DNA of 64,000 nucleotides from Octopus vulgaris. Taxonomy: Eukaryota. The notes under the pieces are model-generated. The model was given only the letters and a program-made list of their open reading frames with translations, had not been told where the DNA came from and ran no database searches. Positions 53,520 to 64,000 of this stretch are shown one piece after another. Both the position numbers and the translations under genes were made by a program. The DNA lies in the NCBI GenBank assembly GCA_951406725.2, contig OX597826.1, forward strand, positions 25,482,001-25,546,000, read 5' to 3'. Within the stretch, counting starts at the first letter, position 1. The number at the start of each line of letters is the position of its first letter.

Positions 53520-53620
53520 GAAGAAGAAGAAGAAAAAGAAGAAGAAGAAGGAGACGAAGAAGGAGAAGAAGAAGAAGGAGAAGGAGAAGAAGACAAAGAG
53601 AAGGAGGAGGAGAAAGACTA
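53287..53620. repeat. (GAA)n polypurine tract, about 330 bp
   Basis: Direct inspection. Confidence 0.95.
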
Positions 53621-53839
53621 TAAAGAAAGAGCCAAAGAAAGAAATACAGAATGAAATATATGAAAGACAAAATGAGAATAATTGACAAATGGTGTAGAAG
53701 TTAAAGAAATGATGATGGTGATGATGATGATGATGATGATGATGAAAGAGGAAGAGGAGCGGAAGAGTAGGAGGAGGAACAGAAGAAGAAGATGATGATG
53801 ATTTTAAATAAACGAATAAATTAAGGAACAAATTGTACG

Positions 53840-54222
53840 TAGATTGCTTACGAACCACATGGTTCCAGGTTCAGTCCCACTGTGTGGCACCTTGGGCAAT
53901 TGTCTTCTACTTATACCCTCGGGTCAACCAAAGCCTTGTGAGTGGATTTGGTAGATGGAAACTGAAAGAAGCCCGTCGTATATATGTGTATATATGTATA
54001 TATATGTGTACGTGTGAGTGTGTGTATATGTTTGCGTGTCTGTGTTTGTTCCCCCAATATCGCTTGAAAATCGATGCTGGTATGTTTACGGCCCTGTAAC
54101 TTATCGGTTCTGCAAAAGAGACCGATAGAATATGTACTAGAATAAGTCCTGAGGTCGATTCGCTCGACTAAAGGCGGTGCTCCAGCATGGCCGCAGTCAC
54201 ATGACTGAAATAAGTAAAAGAG
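53840..54222 (+). mobile_element. SINE family A
   Basis: Body and tail match. Confidence 0.9.
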
Positions 54223-54225
54223 TGT

Positions 54226-54400
54226 ACCGGACAAAATGTTTAGCGGCATTTCGTTCGTCTTTACGTTCTGAGTTCAAATTCCGTCGAGGTCGACTTCACC
54301 TTTCATCCTTTCGAGGTCGATAAAATAAGTACTAGTTATACACTGGGATCGATTCACCCCTCCCCCCAAATTGCTGCCCTTGTGGCAAAATTTGAAACCA
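54226..54400 (+). mobile_element. SINE family B, tail i
   Basis: Ends gcccttgtggcaaaatttgaaacca followed by (gta)n. Confidence 0.88.
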
Positions 54401-54561
54401 GTAGTAGTAGTAGTGGTGGTGGTGGTGGTGGCTCGTAGTCTTTGTAGCGATAGAGAAGAGTAAAAAAAAAGAAATAAAAAATCATTGAGACGAATGACCA
54501 AAGAAAAAGAAAGGAAAGAAGTGTGGAATTAAGAAATAGATATTGAAAAAGAAAAGACTTC

Positions 54562-54965
54562 TGGTAAGAAGCTTGCTTCTCAATCATATGGTTCCGAGTT
54601 CACTTCCACTGCGTGGCACCTTGGGCAAGTGTTTTCTACTAAGCTTCGGGCCGACCAAAGCCTTGTGAGTAGAGTTGGTAGACAGAAACTGAAAGAAGCC
54701 CGTCGTATATACGTACACACACACACACACACATGTCTGTGTTTGTCTCTCGCCACCGCTTGACAACCGGTGTTGGTGTGTTTACGTCCGCGTGTTATAG
54801 CGGTTCGGCGAGAAAGATCGATAGAATAAGAATCAGGCTTAAGAAAAAAAAAGAAAAGAAAATTAGTGGTGGGGGTCGATTCATTCAACTAAAAACATTC
54901 CTCAAGGTGGTGCTCCAGCATTGCCACAGTCAAATGACTGAAGCAAGTGAAAGGATAAAAGAATG
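54562..54965 (+). mobile_element. SINE family A
   Basis: Head, body and tail match. Confidence 0.88.
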
Positions 54966-55708
54966 AAAACAAGCAAATAAATAAGGAGACAGGCAGAAAG
55001 GGTGGTGGTTAGGTGGGGAGAAATAAATAAATTAAAAAAAAGAACGGAAGAAAAGAGAGTGCGCGCGCGCGTGTCTGTGTGTGGGGGAAGAGCTTAGGGG
55101 TGGGGTAAGGAGACACAAAATTCCAGTCTGAAAGCGGAATTTGATTCCTGAAAGAAGACCACAATGATGTGAGCGAAGAGTAAACATGTTGGTTGGCTTA
55201 GATTTTTATAAGTAACCCTATTCTCAGCTTGATGATGTATGCAGGTATGTGTGTATGTATTTATGTGTGTATGTATGCATGTGCGTGTATATATGTATGT
55301 ATGTGTGTATGTGTGTATGTGTGTGTGTGTATGTATGTATATATGTATGTATATGTGTATGTATATGCATGTATGTATGTATTTATATATGTTTGTATGT
55401 GTGTATGTATGTATATATGAGTGTATATATGAATGTATGTATTTATATATGAATGTATGTATTTATGTATGTATGTACGGGTGTACATGTGTGCGTGTGT
55501 GTCTGTCTGTATGAATGCATGTATGTATGTGTGTATGTATGTATGTATGTATGTATGTGTGTGTGTGTGTGTGTGTATGTATGAATATATGTAGGTACGT
55601 ATGTCTATTTGTATGTATGAGTCTGTATGCATGTATGTGGGACGGTTTGTATGTCTGTGTATGCGTGAATAAATGTATGTATGCGTACATATATATATAT
55701 AATATATA

Positions 55709-55760
<52 letters not shown>

Positions 55761-56409
55761 TATAATATATATAATATATATATGCATGTATGTATGCATG
55801 TGTGTGTGTTTCTATGGAGTTGCATCTGAGAGAACCTGCAGGTCACATTTAATTCCCAGACTTATTGTTCTCTCGTTTTAAATTCTTACATTGTCAATGC
55901 TCTTGGCGAAGACATGAACATCATAGTAACTGCTGGGCCAATCCACCCCACCCCGCTCCCATCCACCGACATTCAATCTTTCTCTGTCTGTATGTCTGTC
56001 TCTCTGTCTGTCTCTGTCTGTCTTTCTCTTTTCATCGGTCTTTGTCTCTGGGTCAAAATTAACGATTTACTTGCTGGTCATCACGAAATACTAGAACTTA
56101 AGCATATTCATGGTTGTATAGACTGGAAGAAGAAATAGAGTTGTTTGTGTTTGCGTGTTTCCCCCCACCCCACTCTCCCCCCGACCCCCAACTCTCCTCC
56201 CCTCTCTCTATGTGAGTGTGTGTAGCGCCTGGTGTTATTTTTCAAATTTCTCAGCAACGGATACAATCTCAAACCAAGAAAGAAGGCTTTCTCACTAGAA
56301 TCTAGACAACAATTGTCATGTAGTTATTATGTATGTATGTACATATATATATATGCCTGCATGCACAGCCATCTACACACACACATGTATATACACACAT
56401 ATATCATAT

Positions 56410-56770
56410 TACTCTTTTACTCTTTTACTCTTTTACTTGTTTCAGTCATTTGACTGCGGCCATGCTGGAGCACCACCTTTTAGTACTTATTCTATCGGTC
56501 TCTTTTTGCCGAACCGCTAAGTGACGGGGACGTAAACGCACCAGCATCGGTTGTCAAGCAATGCTAGGGGGACAAACACAAACACACACACATATACATA
56601 TATATACATATATACGACAGGCTTCTTTCAGTTTCCGTCTACCAAATCCACTCACAAGGCTTTGGTCGGCCCGGGGCTATAGCAGAAGACACTTGCCCAA
56701 GATGCCACGCAGTGGGACTGAACCCGCAACCGTGTGGTTGGTTAGCAAGCTACTTACCACACAGCCACTC

Positions 56771-56772
<2 letters not shown>
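56410..56772 (-). mobile_element. SINE family A
   Basis: Reverse-complement match with (tactcttt)n tail. Confidence 0.92.
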
Positions 56773-56817
<45 letters not shown>

Positions 56818-56865
56818 GTATATGCATGTATATGTTTATATAGCTGTATACGTATATATATGTAC

Positions 56866-56909
<44 letters not shown>

Positions 56910-57061
56910 TGGCACTCCGTCAGTTACGACGACGAGAGTAAGTTGATCCAATCAACGGAACAGCCTACTCGTGAAATTAACGTGCAAGTGGCTGAGCACT
57001 CTACAGACAGGGAACTATGTGGTTGGCAAGCAAGCTACTTTCCACACCACCACTCCTGCGC

Positions 57062-57092
<31 letters not shown>

Positions 57093-57126
57093 ACAACAAC
57101 AACAACAATAATAATAATGGTAATGT

Positions 57127-57510
57127 TTTCTTTATTGGTCACTAATTCCTAACACAAAACAAAGAGGGACAATACCAAACAAGGATCAAGTGGGGTTTAG
57201 CTCAAAAATACGTGTATACAATAAAAACAATAACAATTAACAACAACCGTTCAACAACCAAATTTCCCCAGTTGAGGGAGTTCCACCCAGAGCCAACCAA
57301 AGAGCCCCACACATTCTGGTCACCTGCAGGCATTTCTCTCCTTCTCAACCCCTCCGGCTTACAAACGTACGTAAGCGCATGTGGCCATCCTCACCACATT
57401 CACCCCACTTTTAATAAAATTACTGGGATGGGTGGGTTCTGTGGCAACACTTCTTTGAAAAAGTCGTTGAGGGCTTGGTCAAAAAGGAAAGTATCTGTTT
57501 TCAGTCCTTA
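57127..57510 (-). mobile_element. 3' fragment of a second Tx1-like LINE family
   Basis: Minus strand KGLKTDTFLFDQALNDFFK resembles KGIKTGNFISGHNLRSFF at the end of ORF2 of the main LINE; ends ccaataaagaaa. Confidence 0.65.
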
Positions 57511-57852
57511 AAATTGACAAGACGATTTCATATTTTTCCATAGAGGAGAACATTATATCAACTGCAAGATTTCATTGCTACACAAATCCGGCAGAGCGAT
57601 TGTAAACATCTCTCAAGAAACAAATCTATCGCTTGAAATAGGTGAAGTTAAACGTCTTCATTGAGTAACTAACGGATGCTTAAGATATAACTGCGGTTAG
57701 AATTGCATGACAAAAGACAGGATTGGTTATTTTCAAAAGACGAAATAATTTCAAAAAATAAAAATAAAAACACAAATGGATATTTGCAGGCATACACATG
57801 TACATACAGACATTTTGGCAAATATGTAAATATTTACATACATATATCTATG

Positions 57853-57886
<34 letters not shown>

Positions 57887-57916
57887 TGTATGTATGTATG
57901 TATGTATGTATGTATG

Positions 57917-58003
<87 letters not shown>

Positions 58004-58010
58004 CTTATAT

Positions 58011-58069
<59 letters not shown>

Positions 58070-58256
58070 CATATATTCTCATACATACGGACGTGTGTAT
58101 ACATACATACATACATACATACATGCATAAATACGTACGTACACCCGTACACACTGACATTTATATATTCATGTATGGTCTCTTGACACGCAAAAAACAT
58201 AAACATGCAAAAATATTTCAGACTCACGTACACACACACGCACACACACACGCGCG

Positions 58257-58323
<67 letters not shown>

Positions 58324-59023
58324 TGACACACACGTACATAAATACTAATTCATCCGTCCACACATACTCTCAATATTTCTCACAAATTTCCATTTTCAAC
58401 TTTTACACGAACTCATAAACTAACGTATTATGTTCAAACTCAGACATGTAAAAAATATAGCGAAAACGAAATAAATTTAAAATGGCCGACCCAGACGATA
58501 TTTTGCATCAGCGGCGTTTATAATATAAATATATGGAACAGAAGCGAGACCAACAGTGCAATGATGTTTTCTATAGCATTTTTTTTCTGACTTTGTTCGT
58601 TAGTTTATTTTATTTCTCAGTTGGGGTGGGTTCATATTCGTTTTATTTTAACACTAATTTGATTTTTCTCTCATTTTCTCTCGACCACACATACACACGC
58701 ATGCGCACATACAAGCACAAACCTATTCAAATACAAAGATACCCACAAGCATATAAGATATGACATGTACACAGATTCATAAAAGTTATTTATCATTCAA
58801 CGTACATTTCTTTACCGCAAATAATATATCGTGGAAATTGCATAAACTACATATGTTATGGTGCTGGTTAATGGTACAGGATATTGTGGTGGCGTTGGTG
58901 TTGGTGGTGGTGGGTAGCTAGTTTTTATTTTATCATAAATAGAAGCACGTGCCATAAACATAAAAAAATGGTTTGCTGTATTCAGGCGCTCTATGTTTAT
59001 CTACACACACACACACACAAACA

Positions 59024-59111
<88 letters not shown>

Positions 59112-59190
59112 TACACACACACACACATTTGTGTGCATGTGATTCAAAAGAAGACGACCAAGACAAAGAAAGATTTTTTCAAGTCTTATT

Positions 59191-59228
<38 letters not shown>

Positions 59229-59231
59229 TAT

Positions 59232-59509
<278 letters not shown>

Positions 59510-59730
59510 AATTGAATAAGGGTAGAAATTGATTTTAATCAATTAAAACCAGTGGCCTAGCATTTAAAAAAAAATCCGAAGATTAAAATATTTTTCACAT
59601 ACAAAATTTAAGGGACTGACCACTAAAAGTGGACTGTCAATATGCTAGATATAGACGTCAAAAGCGATTTTGACGTCCATATCTAGCATATTGACTGTCC
59701 ACTTTTAGTGGTTATTCCTTTAAATTTTTT
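59510..59730. repeat. ~60-bp-arm hairpin in (AT)n with an asymmetric extension
   Basis: accactaaaagtggactgtcaatatgctagatatagacgtcaaa / tttgacgtccatatctagcatattgactgtccacttttagtggt. Confidence 0.85.
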
Positions 59731-59742
59731 ATATATATATAT

Positions 59743-59895
59743 ATTTCTTTATTGCCAAACATAGAGGGGCCAAACATAGAGGTGACAAACAAGGACAGAC
59801 AAATGAATTAAGTCGATTACATCGACCCCAGTGCGTATCTGGTACTTAATTTATCGACCCCGAAAGGATGAAAGGCAAAGTCGACCTCGGCGGAA
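59743..59895 (-). mobile_element. SINE family B, Tx1-type tail, 5'-truncated
   Basis: tttctttattgcc...gacaaacaaggacagac...aaagtcgacctcggcggaa. Confidence 0.88.
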
Positions 59896-60324
59896 CGGGA
59901 CTGTTAGCTTTCGTTGAACAACTGATGTCAGTGATGGGAAGGGTACACCTATCGGCTGAGTCTATCATCGAGATCGTGCCACCCCCTTCCCTTAGCAGGG
60001 AAAGGAAGGCCTGTTTTTTCTACCATACTGAAAGAAACCGTATGGAAGACACGTGTGAAAGGCATAGTGACAGGTACCTTAGTTATATATATATTGGAGC
60101 CTGCAATGCCGAATGGGTCCAATGGCTGACACACACTGCTACCCAAGGTGTACAAAAGGACATGCTGGACATCACATTGGTAGACAGGGGGGGGGCGCCT
60201 CCGTGACCAAGCTTGTGGATGAGTAAGCCTGCTTTTGAAGAACACACACGCACACACACATACACATACGCACACACACATACACGCACACAGACACACC
60301 AGACACACACACACACATACACAC

Positions 60325-60510
60325 GCAGAAGGAAATGGCGAACTTCTGCTGACTACTTCGCCACAGCTTTCTCTCACTTTTTCCTCCTGCATCTTGCGGC
60401 TCAACTGCGACGGACCGGCGTCCCGTCCAGGTGGGGAACCTATACGCCAAGGAAACCGGGAAACCGGCCCTAATGAGGCAGGTATGGCCCGAGAAGGAAC
60501 AAAAAAAAAA
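60325..60510 (+). mobile_element. SINE 3' body related in part to family C
   Basis: gccacagctttctctcac resembles 25405-25438 (minus); gcgacggaccggcgtcccgtccagg motif typical of invertebrate SINE bodies; A-rich end. Confidence 0.55.
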
Positions 60511-60691
60511 AACATACACAGACACATGCACACACATATATATCGCTTAGGCATTGTAAGACTAATAACTTGGTGTAGAACTCAATATACTCAATATACA
60601 TATGTTTCAGAATGAAGTGCTAGCTGAGTATAGAGCGATAATAAGAAAATGAAACGACAAAAGAATAAACAATTATTTAATGAAATTCATT

Positions 60692-61180
<489 letters not shown>

Positions 61181-61958
61181 TAGTACAGCTGTTTCTGCTA
61201 TCAGATGCTGCGGACTCATAGTTGAGTGCCGGAATAACACCTTATAGCTTCACCGGAGCTTTGATTATGAAGTGCAATTTATTTGGGAAAGAATTACATT
61301 TGCGCATATACAAGGAACGGCATCAGCGATGAGAAAGTCAATACAGATGTATATAAAAAGAGATTGTATATCCAGAAGGTAATAACATGTATCAGTGGAA
61401 GTAAGTGTATATACTCGTACGCACGCACTCTGAGACTGTTGCTGGGTGGGGACTGACTTGTGGTCAGTGTGGACTGACTTGTAGGTCCCCCTTGCAGGCC
61501 TTAGGAGCTGTGCGAGACGTCATCAACAATGGGGAGACCAAACTTGAGATGTTTCTAAGGGCGAAATAGGACTAGTAAATGGTCTTACTCGGTCACGAGT
61601 TGACTTCGACCACGTATCACAATAAAACTCAAGAACACGAGAAATCCAAACATAACGCTTTACAAAATGAAAATAACTGTAGAGCGAATAATAGTATTTT
61701 ACAAGTTCAATGTAGCGAACGAAACATGCTTTCGTAAATTTATAGAAAACTTTTCTAAAACAGAATATTCTGTTTTGGAGGAGCCATTCATGATTTAGCG
61801 GAAGCGAAGTTTGTGTGTGTGTGTGTGTGTCCGTCCGTTTGAGTGTCTGTATATGTTTATATATACACATATATATTGTATATACACATATACACATACA
61901 TGCATATATATACACGTATATATACGAATTTATGTACACATACTCATATATATATACT

Positions 61959-62025
<67 letters not shown>

Positions 62026-62142
62026 AAATATATATATATAATATATATATATATGTATATATATAATATTATGTATTATTTATATGTTAATTATTATATA
62101 TCCATGCATATATATATATACATATATATATATATGTATATA

Positions 62143-62855
<713 letters not shown>

Positions 62856-63072
62856 AATACATATATGTTAATGTTTATTTTTATATAATAAAAACTAGTT
62901 TACATTAATTTGAGATGTTACCCTATACTGATGTCGAGTAGAAGTTTATTCTTAAACAAGAATATTTTTGACTTCGAAGTTTCGGCCAGTTAAGCTATCA
63001 TCGCATGGGCTTAACTGGCTGAAACTTCGAGGTTACGGGCAACAATATTCTTGTTCAAGAATAATAAACATC

Positions 63073-63575
63073 GATGTCTGGGATTCCTGATAGATGGCGA
63101 CACTGAACAGACAGAAAGTTTACACACCTATTTACCATAAGTGAAATATTTTTCCACGGTAACTGCAATGAATTTTGTCTTTTAGCAGTTGAAATATGTC
63201 ACAAATGTGTTTTAACTAATCTAAACGCTGCTTGGCGCTAACATTTCGTTATTTTCCATAATCGGGCGATCTACCAGCGCAAATCAGTCAACATTGTTGA
63301 CTATATTTTACATAAAGCTATGGTTTTATAAGTTTCTACAGAGTTGCCTCTCTTGAGTACATCCCACTGACAAGAGTAAAAAAACTCGACACACAGATGT
63401 CTGGGATTCCTCATAGATGGCGACACTGAACAAACAGGGTACTTTTACGCCTTTTTACCATAAGTGTAATATTTTCCCCACGGTAACTGTCTTTTAGTAG
63501 TTGAAATGTTAGAAACATATTTAAACTAAACTAAATTTTCCTTATGCCTAAACACTGCTTGGTGCTAACATTTCG
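63073..63575 (+). repeat. Diverged direct duplication, period about 325 bp
   Basis: gatgtctgggattcct(g/c)atagatggcgacactgaaca at 63073 and 63397, with further collinear matches. Confidence 0.85.
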
Positions 63576-64000
63576 ATATATATATCAAAGACACGAAATT
63601 AGATTTATTAGATTCTTTATTCAAAATTTACTACAATTGTTTCGACTCATTTTGCACTTGTAGCTCTGAGATATCAGACGAACCCACATCACAGCAAAAC
63701 ACGCACAAAATGCACGCGCACGTGTGTATTAAAGTTGCTGGCATTTTTTCAGGTATTCAAATTGGGGGCCACAGTAGGAGAGGTATATGACAACCAAGCT
63801 AGTATTAATCCTGTCCCTTATTCTTTGAAGACACTAGGGCCATCTCACAGCAACAATGAAAGCCATTGGAATTGAGTCTAAATCGTTTGAAACACAAGCC
63901 CGAGACTGTAGCATGTGGTGGTTCCATCACCACCGTAAACAAAAGCTTCGAAGCCATCAGAAGAGAATGTAAAATTGATCAAAATAAACGAAAAATGTCT

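Noticed and set aside
52714-53858. 324-aa and 297-aa ORFs
   Set aside because: Translations of (TTC)n, (CAT)n and (TTTA)n
59900-60210. Possible RTE LINE fragment (TQGVQKDMLDITLVDR)
   Set aside because: Single weak motif, too little to call
60468-60500. ctaatgaggcaggtatggcccgagaa as a hammerhead
   Set aside because: Two core mismatches and no helix III or cleavage triplet; lies in a SINE tail

Overview
Repeat-saturated, AT-rich eukaryotic DNA with no confidently identifiable host protein-coding exon. The SINE families and microsatellite density look like an octopus (cephalopod) genome; this is recognition, not a database result. The only substantial coding sequence is a near full-length but disabled L1/Tx1-clade LINE (8237-13501, minus strand). 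Main result: this LINE sits inside the tRNA-derived head of a SINE (family B) with a 16-bp target-site duplication, a subset of family B carries the LINE's own 3' end as its tail, and those copies form 184-bp head-to-tail arrays whose junctions fall at the LINE's insertion site. That points to a SINE-targeting LINE whose passenger SINE inserts into itself. Second result: about a dozen short elements embedded in (AT)n carry minimal hammerhead-ribozyme-like cores (CTGANGA...GAAA), often as asymmetric inverted repeats, matching non-autonomous Penelope-like elements. Also present: about 25 copies or fragments of SINE family A and a remnant of its likely partner LINE, a third SINE family, DD37D and mariner transposon remnants, Tigger, hAT, R4/Dong and probable Helitron remnants, and two MITEs with 8-bp TSDs. 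Nearly all ORFs in the supplied track are microsatellite artefacts. Coordinates were read by eye; boundaries of degenerate elements are approximate.
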